A stretch of 64,000 nucleotides of DNA, from NCBI RefSeq assembly GCF_009914755.1, contig NC_060938.1; one strand, written 5' to 3'. Shown piece after piece: positions 12,226 to 26,508 of this stretch. The DNA comes from the human T2T-CHM13v2.0 reference genome, Homo sapiens. The notes beneath the pieces were generated by a model. The model did not search any database, was not told where the DNA came from, and was given only the letters and a program-made list of their open reading frames with translations. A program made the translations under genes and the position numbers. Within the stretch, counting starts at the first letter, position 1; each line of letters starts with the position of its first letter.

Positions 12226-13299
12226 AATATTTTTAATAACACTGATTTTTAAGACACTCTTTTTAAGACTGTACTATCTTTTGCAGGTAACACCATTTTT
12301 TTGAATAGGTATAATAAAGTTTCTGAAAAGCAAAGAAAATAGTTTTGTGATTGAGGTTTGTCTCACACATAATCATTTTATTTGTTCTTCAGAAACTTTA
12401 TTACACGTTTAAAAATCACATTTAAATTACATACAACACAACAAAAAAAATCATTTCCAGCCCCTATTTCCACTCATTGTAGTGTGGCTATCAAAATAGT
12501 CTCTATTTTCTTCAACAAGAAATCGCTAAATCACTGTGTTACTTTTAGTTTAAACAAACAAACAAAAAAACTCATAATGCTCAGAACAGAGCTACCAGAT
12601 GTTTAGGTTGAATCATTGTGAATTAGGACTTTCCAACTTAGTAGAAGACATATAAGAAACAAACCCACTAGGTGTAGGTATTTACCTATGGTTATTTGCC
12701 ATCAAGCTGAATATAGGAATTGTGATGAATTATGGAGCACAATTTTAACCTATCATTCCTATGAAACTAGTTTTTTATTACCTTTACTAGGGACTACTAT
12801 CGATTTAATTATGCTTTATTACTTAACATATAAAGATTTATGCTCCTAAAGTTTGTGTTTTATGTGAATGCCTAGCACTCATTAAATGTCCCATGGATGT
12901 CAAAATTTTGAGAAATACTCATCTGCAACACTGATACCATTGTGAATGGATCCCAGACTGCCTCCCTACTGAGCATGGATGCTTTCTGGAGGATTCTCTC
13001 TAATAGCCATATTTTGCTTATACATGAAAAGTCCACTCAAATGCCCCTTCACCCTTCTACTCTTTGTTGACCACATTTACGAAAACTTTTATGACTGTAT
13101 AGAACATTGATGTGTACACCGTTTTCGGGTGTTTTAGGCAGGTTTAATAAAACAAGTGCTTATTAGGTACAAGCAATTTACTAAAGATTCTCCTTCAATT
13201 ATTTCTATACACACAAAGAGAGGGCTAGCAGGCATATGGGGAAATTGTCAAAGAAGAGGAGGAGGAGGATTTGAAAGCAGAACCCCTAGATGCAATCTG

Positions 13300-13802
13300 T
13301 AATGCACTTTATATGTTGCTGTTATTTCTGCTTCTGGAGCCTGACCTGAAGTCCACAGGGCAGTCACTTCGAAAGAAAAGATAGACGTGAAGCAGGGGAG
13401 AGTCAGAATTAAGCAGAGCCTGTATGAGCGGGAATCTCTGTTGGCCACTCATTTTAGTGATGAGATTGACTTGCAGGAGAAGCAGGCACCCTTCATTTTG
13501 TTGTTAAATACACAATGTCCTAGGAGTCAGGGAAGCTGAAAAACAGACAAGAGTTGAAAGAGCTGCTGATCTGCTGCTGCTTCAGGCCAGCAAGGCAGGC
13601 TATGAGGTCCAAGAAAATGTATACGAATTGCAACGTGTTCTGACCCTACATTAATCTTCCGAGAATAAATGTGGCTTTACGTTTTCCTTCCAAAAACTCA
13701 TGGAATAATCTAATGTGGCCAATCCTACCCAAGAACTATGGGAAAAAGGGATTCTGGGAAACAGTTCCAACTTGGTTAAGTTGGCAGAGTATGAAGCCAC
13801 CA
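13300..13802 (-). mobile_element. Ancient mammalian LTR relic (LTR78/LTR85-like; family uncertain)
   Basis: Terminal motif 'aagggattctgggaaacagttccaacttggttaagttggcagagtatgaagccacc' is typical of old eutherian LTRs. Confidence 0.45.
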
Positions 13803-14094
13803 TAGGAAGAAACCACTGCAGAATAGGAGCTAGTGAAATTTTCTGAGGTACTATTGAGAGTGTCTCTGGAGAAATACCTTGTCTGAGAAGGTGTAATTGT
13901 ATCCACTTTAATTCTGATTGGTACTTAAATACTGGATGCACTGTGGTCATTAAATAGTCAGGGACCTTTTGAGTTGTTTCACAAGATGTTTCCTTAAAAT
14001 CAGGGCCCAGTAAATATGATGGAACTGCATGGGACATAATGGTTCATGGAGCAGAAGAACCTCAAAAAGTCACTGGATAAGAATCTTTTGTTGG

Positions 14095-14360
14095 AAGCTG
14101 TTTGGCTTAAAAGTTAGAGGTATAGATTTAGGTGTCAGGAGGCTTTGTCTTCCACGTACTAGCTCTATGATCCTGGGCAAAACATTGAACCACTCACTCA
14201 TTTGTTCAATACCTGGATCTATCATGTGTAAAATGGGAATGATAAGGATGGCCTGATAAAGTTGCTGTGAGCACAAAAAACTGCTCTTTTTAAAGCACTT
14301 AGAACTTTAAAAAAAAAAACTCTGACATACACTAAGAATCCAATAAATAGGAAGCATTTT
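14095..14360 (+). mobile_element. MIR SINE
   Basis: Core 'tactagctctatgatcctgggcaa...tgtaaaatgggaatgataa...aaagcacttagaac'. Confidence 0.8.
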
Positions 14361-16986
14361 TCATTGTGTTCCTATTGTAATAGGAAACTAGTTTCCTTAA
14401 AAAGGGATTAGAGAATTAGAACATGCTGAGCATGATAAATTTTAAAATTAAGTAGTATAAGTTTTCTCTGGGTTTAGCACAAGGGCACCAGATCTCAGGC
14501 ATGGTGGGAATGAAGGAGACTTAGTTGTGTTTCAGTGGTTGAATCTAAGGTTAAAGGTGTGTGATTTACTCAGTATCTTCTTTGGTAAGTTTGTAGGATG
14601 CTAACCAGGCCATATTCTCAATTCTGCTTTTTTTTTGTTTATTTGTTTCTCTGTTTGCCTGTTTTTCTTTACAACCATTAGATTAAGATGGATTATTATA
14701 TTCTATCTATAACTTTTAATAAAAAACAGTGACATCCTCTCTCTTGAGTTAATGACATTGGGCCTATGGTAATTCACCTATTAGGATAAAACAGTTAAGG
14801 AAAAAGTGTCAATTGACTCAGCAGACCTTCACATCCATGCAAGTGTTTCATTTTCCGTCCCTACCAGTTCAAGTTATGGGTACAAATGGCATCAGGGTGT
14901 AGGGGAGCCTACTTAATGGTGTGATGAAGAACACTGATATAGAAGCTATTCGTTTTGGTTCTTCCTACAGACTGGTTCCTAAACTATAAGTGAAAGTTGG
15001 TAGAGGCGGAGAGATGATTCTACAAGCTGGAGAGGCAGAAACATTAGAAAATATAGGAAGTGAACAGTAGAGGAAGTATATGTAATTCTTAGGTACTGTC
15101 ACCTATGAGATAAGGGTCATGTGGCTGAATCTTCATAAGCCCCAGAAGTAGGCACTTGAGTGACTGTGAGAAGGCTGGGAAACTTAAAGATACCATGAGT
15201 AAAGATGAGTAGGTACAGAGTGCTCAGACCAACCCTGGAGATCATCTCAAAGGATCATGGAGACAGACTGAACGTCTGGGCAGATGCCATTGAGAGTGAT
15301 CAATAAGAGGACAATGATTAGTAATTACAAATAGATGACCTCTTCCAACACCATTTTCTCTACATGAGGCCCAACAAATTGGGGGAAAAGAATGAGAGAA
15401 TTGCTGCGAATTCTGAATTAGTGAGGGTTAAGCTTCAAATTGCTGGGTTTACTTAGAATTGACTAAGATTTTATCTTCTGCCTTTTGGCCTAACAGAGTC
15501 TCCGAATAGAGATACAACAAATATTACATGAGCCCAAGATATGTGCCTGACACTGTTTAGTCACTGGGGAGACATTTGTGAAGAAAACAAACAAAAATTC
15601 TTATATTCAGTGAAATTAAGAAAATATGTAGGAATATAAAGAATAAATAAGACAGATACTTAGAAACTTGTATATTTAGAGAAATATTTAGTGATTGTGG
15701 TTGTAGTTGAAATAGAAAGAAAATATGGAAAAGTATAGGTTATATATCTATAAAAATTATATTTATGCAAACTTTCATTTTGTAACATTAAAATACACTA
15801 AATATTCAAAATGCATATAAGAATTGACATAATTTTAAATGCTATTGGATTATAGAGGAGAAAGAGCTTATGACAAAATACATCATAGTTAGGGCAGTAA
15901 TTACTTATTCGTATCTAAAGGGCAGACAGGATTTAGTTGGGCAAAGGAGAGAGGAGAGACATCTGTTCAGCAAGGTAGAAACAAAGAGGCAGACACAAGA
16001 CGAGTTCAAAGCATATAATTTCACTGGAGCAGAGGATTCATGAAGGGAATTTGCCTGAAAAAACACATTAAATGTGATTTGAAAAGATCTAAATGTGAAT
16101 TGAATGATGGTGTTCTGGATCCTCATTGTTTCCCCTAGTTTGGATATGCATATATTTTTTCTATATCGTTTTGGATGACCTACTTAAAACTCAATTATAA
16201 AATTAACATGATATGTGCTTGAATGGACTGATTCATTTTTTAAATGTCTGATACAAGTTCAATAGCAAGCTGCAGTAAAATTATTGGTTTTTTATTTTAC
16301 TATTTCTAAAGGAACATTAATAATGTCTGAATATCACAGTTTTATGCAACTTAAATTCTATAGGCAGAGGCCTATCGAAAAAGTATACCAGCTAATTAAG
16401 TAGTACATTTCCCATGTATCTAGCCTATGTGATGTGTAACTTTAGTGCATAACTTTTACAATGAAACATTTAAAATATGAAACAAAATGTCAATGTTCTT
16501 TAAATATAGATGAGAATTTATTTTAATAAATAACTATGCAAGTAACACAGGGAAAGGAAACATCATAAAAGTTTTAGGACTAAATCAACCTGAGCTTCTC
16601 AATCTGTGTTTCAGTTCTTTTGAGGCTTATTTTTCTTATCTATAAAATGGGTATAATAATGTGTGATTCTTTGTATTGTTTGAGATACTAGACATCAAAA
16701 TACATCTTTTTATCCTAGCTCAGATATTTCTCTATTTGTGGCTTATATATCATGAAATAATACTTTGATATGACAAACACTCAAGTTCAATTTTTAAAAT
16801 AGTTTATTGTACTTGAAGGCAGGAAGTTGACTTAAATGGCTTCTGGATCATATGATTTTACTTTAAAATATTTTGTAAAATCGTTATAGTGTATAACATT
16901 CATTTTATTTTCATAATACTTTTTTGGCCTCAGGATATCTCAAAAGACTATTATTCAAATATAAAAACAATTCAAGGAAATATTAG

Positions 16987-17346
<360 letters not shown>

Positions 17347-18239
17347 AATACTAGCCCTTTAACAATTTTTTTTAAATTCTAGAATTTTACTCTAATAAAA
17401 ATGGCTCTCCAGAAATTGTGCTATCACCTAAAGAGTAAAATTTATGTCTTTATTCTGTCTATAGAAAAGAAAATTAACATCTAATGATTTGCTTAGAATA
17501 ATAACCACAGATTTCTCAAACTACAGCTATGAACAAGGAACTATGCTTGTTTCTACTAGGATAGAGAATGAAACTGAAATATTCTCTATATTACAAATGG
17601 TCATCCAAGTGTCTACATTTGTTAAAAAAAAAAAAAAGTAAAACTAGGATTTTTCAAACCCATCAACTAATGGTCTATTTACTTCATGTTGCAATAATAG
17701 ATTTGAGTATTCAGTAATTGATGAATTAAGTTGTTCAAGTGTCTAAAATATAGGGAACCTAATTATTTATAAAGACACACCAATTGAAACCTTAATTGTC
17801 TTCACTTGAATTTATTAAAAATAGGTATTTACTGAAGGCAAAATTGGCTTTCTCCTGTTAATAATTGTTAATAAAATGATAAATGGCTGATTTGATGTGT
17901 ATCTTCAATTCAAAAAGGCAATTGTCTTATTGACCTTAAAAACGGCACAATAATTACTTTAAAAATTTTTACAAATACTCTGGTTATGACTGAATTTTAT
18001 ACAGTGTAGCATCATAACTTTGTTATAAATGACACTAATATTAAAATCAGACATTATAGTCTTAACAGTGATTTTCTTTTCCACATATTACTGTTAAGTC
18101 AGTAATATTGTCATTAAACTCTTGACATTAATGAACAAATGTAATCATCTTCATAAGAAGAAAAAATAGTGTAAATTTTGCAGTCCTAAGTGTTGGACTC
18201 TAGAGAGAAAGTTCTGTTTTCTTTTTAATTTTTAACTGA

Positions 18240-18830
18240 AGTACTACACAGACTCCCTAAAACTAGCCTCCACACAGCTAATAACATCAAACATTCCCCT
18301 GCTTCATACTTTCATGCCTTTCTCATCACACTTAGAATGAGATCTATGTTTTTATCACGGACTCTAAAGCCAAATAGAATTTGTCTCTGACTCTCTTCAA
18401 CCTCACCTCTTCCTTTCTCTGTCTCACTAAGTTCTAGTCATGCTGACTTCTCTTTTCTTCCTTGAACATGCCAAATTTTTCCCCTCATTCAACCGTTGCA
18501 CTGGACACCTCTTTTCCCAGAATGTCTCCCCCAGAGTTTTTTTGTCTGGCTCTGTCTCATTATTTAGGTCCAATTGAAATACGCCCCCAACCCAAAGCCA
18601 ATGTAAAGCAGACCCCCACCTCACAGTCACTCATATGTCACCTGATTTTATTTTTGCTTTGTGCTTGCCCTTACCTGAAATTATATAATTCATTTACTTA
18701 TTTACTTGGTTCCCACAAGGATGTGCCTCTTATGAGAACAAGCACCATTTCTCTCATTACCACTCTATTCTCAATACCTAGGAAGGGCAGATAATAGGTT
18801 TTCAATTAATAATATGAATTAGTAAATGAA
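18240..18830 (+). mobile_element. LINE-2 (L2a-like) 3' end
   Basis: 'ttccttgaacatgccaa...cccagaatg...tcaatacctag...aattagtaaatgaa'. Confidence 0.8.
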
Positions 18831-20453
18831 AACCAACTGAGATATACTATTTCTCTTTAATCTGGAGCTTAAGAAAAGATATATAACTAGAGTGAACATT
18901 TGGACTGGGGATCAATGAGTTAAATAAAACCACTAGCACCATTCTCTTTTAATGTGATTTTCACTAGGCTTCTTTGGTCAACTCAATCAAAGGTGTTAAA
19001 TAGTTGCATATGTTTTCTCAGGATGTTATGGTAATATAAGGAAAAATTAAACCAAGTCAGTAATGCCCAGTCTAGGTTTCCGAATCCACATTAGAAGAAA
19101 AGTGGTCTTTCGGTCATGTTGCACATAGAAATGAACACATTCTTCTGGCTGCCCTGTGACATGAGTTATTTTCCTTCTGTGGTGTTGGGGCTCCTGAATT
19201 GTGTTGTCCTTCAAGCAGCTCTGCAACTCCTATCTGTACAGAGGCTTCTGTCACCGCTCCTGCCAAGTCACTGACTACCAGCACTGCAGGCACAAACTGG
19301 TCTGTGCCAAGTCACAGTTGTGCATGTCTAATGAGTCACCACCATGTTCTGTAGCCCTCTATGTGGGCCAAAGCATGGAGAATAGGAGAAAACCCCTCAC
19401 CCCTTCCTTGGGGAAGGTAACTCTGTTGCCTAAGTTCACAGGCAGAGCTGCTTAGGCTCTCAGCATCTCACAAGATTTTCTTTGATTATTGGGCTTGTTT
19501 TCATTATCGTCATAATGTGCATTTTTAAATCAATTAGCTCTTTTAGTTTTTGCTTATAGTCAGTGTCTCTGAATGATTCAGACATAAACCTGTGGAGGCT
19601 GTGCCAGATGTTACAATAACTTGAGGGACATACCATGTTATTCTCAGAATCCTGTCTCCCTTCTGTCTCTCAGACACTGTTCTAAGCCAGATTTGGTGGT
19701 TGTTTGTTTTCTTTCCTTTGACCTTAATCCAATTAGACCCCAGGCAGTCATACCCATCCTAGAGCTCTGACATTATCAGTTTCTTAAGCACAAGACAATG
19801 ATGACCTAAGCTAATGACTGCTTGGTTTCAAGTTGAGATTCCTACTATATAAAAATGTCTGATTTGGTTAAAACAGAAAGAGAATGTATTTGCGATTCAC
19901 TGAAATCCTCTTAAATGTCTTTGTTATATGGCAAAATTTATAAATATTTTTTATTTGGACAAGAACCTTGCCCTTAGGGCTGTTTCAAGACAAACATCCA
20001 ATCATTAAACATATTAGTAAAATATCTAAGATATAGTTAATATCATAAATAAAAAATACAGAATATGTCACAGTTTTAGTCTGCCTTAAATTGGATCTTT
20101 TTCTGGGGGTGGAAGTAGAGAAGTTCTTTTCCAGAGTAAAGATACTGTAGGCTGTCTTTGTAACTTCCTAGTCGCAAGAACTTGAACAACCTCCCTTAAC
20201 TGCACTCATAACTAATGTAAGATTTTCTGTTTATATATCAAAAAGCTGTATGGAAACTCAAATAAAAAATAATTTTGAACATTTTCTATTTTTAAAGAAC
20301 AATGCAAATGTTTGCCACCCATTCTTATCTTTTGGACATGAAATTACTAAGACATACATTTCTCAGAGAGCTCTGGTGAGGATTCTGAGGCAGTGAAGGG
20401 ATCAGGGGGAAAGAGTGCCATTATTGATTAGTGTTATCCAACACTGATATAGA

Positions 20454-20692
20454 AACAGCAAAGAAGAGGGAAGAAAGGTCCTGTCAGTCCTAGTAGCATG
20501 ATGAGAGTGACATGCTACCAACAGTGTCCTGCATTACTCTGGGGGAATATCTTAGTAACTAGCAAGAATCTTGTAACAGTAAGAAAGAAGGAGGAAAGGT
20601 CCTGGCAATCCTAATAGCATGATGAGAGTCACATATGCTACCAACAAAGTGTCCTGGATTACTCTGGGGAATATCTTAGTAACTAGCAAGGA
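20454..20692. repeat. Two-copy tandem duplication, ~121-bp period
   Basis: 'gaaaggtcctg' at 20473 and 20594; both copies end 'gaatatcttagtaactagcaag'. Confidence 0.93.
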
Positions 20693-21061
20693 TATAGGAG
20701 TAAACCAGCCTGTTAGCAAAGAAAATCATTAAAGGACTTTATTGTCTCTAAATCATAAGCCCCTTTCCATGTGATTCAGGACAAGTCATGGCCCAATCCA
20801 AATTCAGTTTCCCAAGGCTTATTCATTGAATTATCACAACTATCCACTCTCAGCAAATTCTTCCTATCTTAATACTAGTCCTCATAGCAAAAAACTTACA
20901 AAAGGAAAGTATAGATGTTATTTCTCTGTGCAAAAAATTTTCTTCCAACTGATACTCGGAATTTGATTTTAAGGAACTCTTTAGCAATCAACTACGAAAC
21001 CCTCAGTGACTTGTATTTTGTTGATCATTGGGAAAGCAGAAACATTTCCTAATCCATAATG

Positions 21062-21086
21062 TCTCTCTCTCTCTCTCTCTCTCTCT
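21062..21086. repeat. (TC)n microsatellite
   Basis: Seen directly. Confidence 0.95.
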
Positions 21087-21104
21087 TTTCTTTTTTTAAC
21101 TTTA

Positions 21105-21312
21105 GTGCAATGATTCTCAAGGGGAGGGGAGTACAATTATCTACATTAGAAAAAGTCTGGAGACATTCTAGATTGTCATAACTTGGGGGAAGGTACAGCT
21201 AGTAGGTAGAGGTTAGAAATGCTGCTAAACATTCTGTGATGGACAGGACAGTCCCTCAAAACAAAAATTATCAAGCCCTAAATGTTAATGTTGTGAAGGT
21301 TATGAAACTTTA
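21105..21312 (+). mobile_element. MER20 (hAT-Charlie MITE)
   Basis: 'gtctggagacatt...ttgtcataacttgggg...tagtaggtagagg...atgctgctaaacattctg...acaggacagtccc'. Confidence 0.85.
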
Positions 21313-22639
21313 CTTGAGAAGAACGTGTGCCTTGATAGCAAAATTGTTAGAATTCTGCTTAGAATTCTCTTCCGTTCCTCAATTAGTGGAGAATCCTGGG
21401 GGAGAAAGAAATCATTTATGCAGAAGACCAGCCACATATAACCATTCTTGTCTTAAGAATACTGGAAGAAGAGTAGTAAATGTAAAGTTATCTATCTGAA
21501 ATAATCTCTAGATTTACTTTGATACTAAATTTCAGTATGTGGAATATCAGACCCCTCTATGATTATAAATATGACACCTTCAATATATGCAAAGCACATG
21601 GCAAGTACAATGATAGGCTATTTTCCTTCCATAATACCTATAAGTGGTCATGACTCTTAATTCTAGTATAACTGTAGATGATAGAAAACCTAAATATATT
21701 TTAACTGATAACAACTTGACTCTTGCCTTTCTTCAAATTATTCCTTGTATGATATGGTTCTATAGTTATTTACAAGTCAACCTTAGTGACTTCTCATTCC
21801 TGCATAGTTAAAAATAAAAAGTGATACAAGCGTTTATGAATATCTTTCCATTCAAATTCAATGTGGTAATTAAAATGTAATGAAAAACATTTATCTTTCG
21901 TCAAATCACTTTGACATCTTGGTTCAAGAAAATGATTCTATAACGTCTCTTTTTCTAAGTAAGGCTAATAGCCTGTCTTTTCACTAGGAACCAAAATAAA
22001 TATGACAATATTAGAGTCTTCACGTTTGTTTTCAATTAAAATATACAACTGCATAAATGTAAAAATATTAAACATGAGATATTTATTTTGTGATTTACCT
22101 TTTTAATTGTTTCATTTCTTTGAAATAAATCAGGTCAGAAATAAAATGTGCTTATTGTCCTCTTTACTTTTTCATTGGGTTTTTCTTTTCTACAAAGTTA
22201 CAGCTCAGTTTTATTATGTAGGGTTACTGCATGGTTCTTTTCATATATCAAGATGAAAATAGTGACAAGTTCAGTGTCTTTAATTTGTCTCTGATTATTT
22301 TTCAATAAATCATGTCTAGAGTAAGTATTGAGTTGTTTTTGTAATCAAAATCTGTTATGTTTTTATGGGATATTTAATATTTAAATACTGGTATTTTGAA
22401 GGCTTAATTGATTTTCTATTTTATTTCTTCTAAAAAGAAAAAAATGGGATACATGTACAGAACGTGCAGGTTTGTTACATAGATATACACATGCCATCGT
22501 GGTTTTTTGCAGCTATTGACTCGTCCACTAAGTTCCCTCCTATCACCCCCTACCCCCCAACAGGCCCTGGTGTGTGTCGTTGCCCTCTCTGTGTCCATGC
22601 ATTCTCATTGTTCAACTCCCACTTATGAGTGAGAACATG

Positions 22640-25600
22640 CAGTGTTTGGTTTTCTGTTCCTGTGTTAATTTGCTGAGGATGATGGCTTCCAGCTTCATCC
22701 ATGTCGCCGCAGAAGACATGATCTCATTCCTTTTTATGGCTGCAGAGTATTCCATGGTGAATATCTACCAAATTTTCTTTATTATCATTAATGAGCATTC
22801 GGGTTGGTCTTTGCTATTGTAAGTAGTGCGCAAAAAACATATGTGTGATGTGTCTTTATAGTAGAATGATTTCTATTTCTTTGGGTATATACCCAGTAAT
22901 GGGATTGCTGGGTCAAATGGTATTTCTGGTTCTAGATCCTTGAGGAATGGTCCATATTGTATTCCACAATGGCTGACCTAATTTACATTCCCACCAACAG
23001 TGTAAAAGCATTCCTATTTCTCTATAGTCTTGCCAGCATCTATTGTTTCCTGACTTTTTAATAATGGTCATTCTGACTGGCATGAGATGGTATCTCATTG
23101 TAGTTTTGATTTGCATTTCTCTGATGATCAGTGATGTTGAGCTTTTTTTCATATGTTTGTTGGCCACATACATGTCTTCTTTTGAGAAGTGTCTATTCAT
23201 ATCCTTTGCCCACTTTTTGATGGGTTTTTTTTTCTTGTAAATATGTTTGAGTTTCTTATAAATCCTGGTTATTAGACCTTTGTCAGATGAGTAGATTGCA
23301 AAAATTTTCTCCCATTCTGTAGGTTGCCTGTTCACTTGGATGATAGTTTTTTGTTTTTTTGTTTGTTTGTTTGTTTTTTGCTGTGCATTAGCTCTTTAGT
23401 TTAATTAGATTCCAGTTTTCAATTTTGGCTTTTGTTTCTATTCTTCTGGTGTTTTAGTCATGAAGTCTTTGCCCATGCCTGTGTCCTGAATGGTATTGCC
23501 TAGGTTTTCTTCCAGGTTTTTTATGGTTTTGGGTTTTACATTTAAGTTGTTAATCCATTTTGAGTTAATTTTTGTATAAAGTGTAAGGAAGGGGTCCAGT
23601 TTCAGTTTTCTGCATATGGTTAGCCAGTTTTCCCAGCACCATTTACTAAAGAGGAGATCATTTCCATTTGGCTTGTTTTTGTCAAGTTTGACAAAGACCA
23701 GATGATTGTAAATGTGTGGTGTTACTTCTGAGGTCTCTGTTCTTCTCCATTGGTCTACATGTCTGTTTTGGTACCAGTGCCATGCTGTTTTGGTTACTGT
23801 AGCCTTGTAGTATAGTTTAAAGTCAGGTAGCCTGATGCCTCCAGCTTTGTTATTTTTGCTTAGGATTGTCTTGGCTATACAGGGTCTTCTTTGATTCCAA
23901 AAATAATTTTAAATTGTTTTCTCTAATTCTGTGAAAAATGTCAATGGTAATTTGATGGGAATAGCATTGACTCTATAATTACTTTGGGCAGTATGGCCAT
24001 TTTCACAATATTGATTCTTCCTACCTCTGAGGGTGGAATGTTTTCCATTTGTTTGTGTTGTCTCTTATTTCCTTGAACAGTGGTTTGTAGTTCTCCTTGA
24101 AGAGGTCCTTCACATCCCTTGTTAGCTGTATTCCTAGGTATTTTATTCTATTTGTAGCGATTATGAATGGGAGTTCATTCAGGATTTGGCTCCCTGCTTG
24201 CCTATTGTTGGTGTAAAGGAATGCTTATGATTTTTGCACATTGATTTTGTATCCTGAGACTTTGCTGAAGTTGCTGATCAGCTTAAGGAGTTTTGGGGCT
24301 GAGACAATGGGGTTTTATAAATATAAAATCATGTCATCTGCAAACAGAGACAATTTGACTTCCTTTCTTCCTATTTGAATATGCTTTATTTCTTTCTCTT
24401 GCCTGATTGCCCTGGCCAGAACTTCCAATACTATGTTGAATAGGAGTGCTGATAGACGGCCTCCTTGTCTTGTACTGGTTTTCAAAGGGAACGCTTCCAG
24501 CTTTTGCCCATTTGATATGATATTGACTGTGGATTTGTCATAAATAGCTCTTATTATTTTGAGATATGTTCCATCAATACCTAGTTTATTGAGAGTTTTT
24601 AACATGAAGGGATGTTGAATTTTATGAAAGGCCTTTTCTGCATCTATTGAGATAATCATGTGGTTTTTGTCATTGGTTCTGTTTATGGTGATGGATTATG
24701 TTTATTGATTTGCATATATTGAACCAGCCTTGCATCCCAGAGATGAAGCTGATTTGATTGTGGGAGATAAATTTTTTGATGTGCTGCTAGATTTGGTTTG
24801 TGGTATTTTATTGAGGATTTTCACATCAATGTTTATCAGGGATACTGGCCTGAAATTTTCTTTTTTTGCTGTGTCTCTGCCAGGTTTTGGTATCAGGATG
24901 ATGCTGGCCTCATAAAATGAGTTAGGGAAAAGTCCCTCCTTTTCAGTTGTTTGGAATAGTTTCAGAGCTAATGGTACCATATCCTCTTTGTATGTCTGGT
25001 AGAATTCAGCTGTGAATCTATCTAGTCCTGGGCTTTTTTGGTTGGTAGGCTACTAATTACTGGCTCAATTTCAGAACATGTTATTGTTCTATTGAGGAAT
25101 TCAGCTTCTTCCTGGTTTAATCTTGGGAGGGCATATGCATTCAGAAATTTACCCATTTCTTCTAGGTTTTATAGTTTATTTGCATATAGGTATTTATAGT
25201 GTTCTCTGATGATAGTCTGTATTTCTGTGGGGTCAGTGGTGGTATTTCCTTTATCATTTTTTATTGTGTCTGTTTGATTCTTCTCTCTCCCTTTCTTTAT
25301 TAGTCTATCTAGTGGTCTATCTATTTTGTTAATTTTTTCAAATAGTAGCTCCTGTACTCGTTGATTTTTTGGAGAGTTTTTCATAACTCTATCTCCTACA
25401 ATTCTTCTCTGATCTTAGTTATTTCTTGTCTTCTGCTAGCTTTTGAATTAGTTTGCTCTTGCCTTTCTAGCTCTTTTAATCGTGATGTTAGGGTGTTAAT
25501 TTGAGAGCTTTCTAGCTTTCTGATGTGGACATTTAGTGCTATAAATTTCCCTCTTCATATAGTTTTAGCTGTGTCCCAGAGATTCTGGTACATTACCTCT

Positions 25601-26448
25601 TTGTGCTCATTGGTTTCAAAGAACTTCTTGATTTCTGCCTTAATTTTATTATTTTCTCAGGAGTCATTCAGAAGCAGGTTGTTCAATTTCCATGAAATTG
25701 TGTGGTCTTGTGTGAGTTTCTAAATCCTTAGTTCTAATTTGATTGCACTGCAGTCTGAGAGACTGTTATGATTTCTATTCTTTTGCATTTGCTGAGAAGT
25801 GTTTTACTTCCAATTATATGGTTGATTTTAAAATAAGTGCCACATGGCACTGAGAAGAGTGTATATTCTGTTGTTCTGAGGTAAAGAGTTCTGTAAACAT
25901 CTACTGGGCCCACTTGATCCAGAGCTGAGTTCAAGTCCTGAATATCCTTGTTAATTTTCTGTCTCATTGATCTGTCTAATACTGACAGTGGGGTGTTAAA
26001 GTCTGCCACTGTTATTGTGTGTGGGAGTCTAAGTCTCTTTGTAGGTTTCTAAGAACTTGTTTTATGAATCCAGGTGGTCCTTTACTGGTTGCATATATAT
26101 TTAGAATAGTTAGCTCTTCTCGTTGAATTGTTCCCTTTACCATTGTGTAATGCCCTTCTTTGTCTTTTTTGATCTTTGTTGGCTTAAAGTCTGTTTTGTC
26201 AGAGACTAGGATTGCAACCCCCTGCTTTTTTTTTTTTTTTGCTTTCCATTTGCTTCGTAAATTTTCCTCCGTCCCTTTATTTTGAGCCTGTGTGTGTCTT
26301 TGCACTTAAGATGGGTCTCCTGAATAGAGCACACTGATGGGTCTTGATTCCCGATCCAATTTGCCAGTCTGTGTCTTTTAATTGAGGCATTTAGCCCATT
26401 TACATTTAAGGTTAGTATTGTTATGTGTGAATTTGATCCTGTCATCAT
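22640..26448 (-). pseudogene. Disrupted L1 ORF2 (endonuclease/reverse transcriptase)
   Basis: Fragments MTGSNSHITILTLNVNGLN (EN), [11 protein letters not shown]...[11 protein letters not shown] (RT) and RCWQD...[10 protein letters not shown] (C-domain) lie in different frames with stops. Confidence 0.92.
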
Positions 26449-26508
26449 GATACTATTTGGTTATTTTGCACACCAGTTGATGCAGTTTCTTTGTAGTGTC
26501 ATTGGTCT

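Noticed and set aside
10118-12242. Cluster of ORFs up to 147 aa
   Set aside because: All lie in the THE1 LTRs or internal region, which is non-autonomous and decayed.
20498-20570. C/D-box snoRNA (ATGATGA box C)
   Set aside because: No CTGA D box with a terminal stem at a suitable distance.
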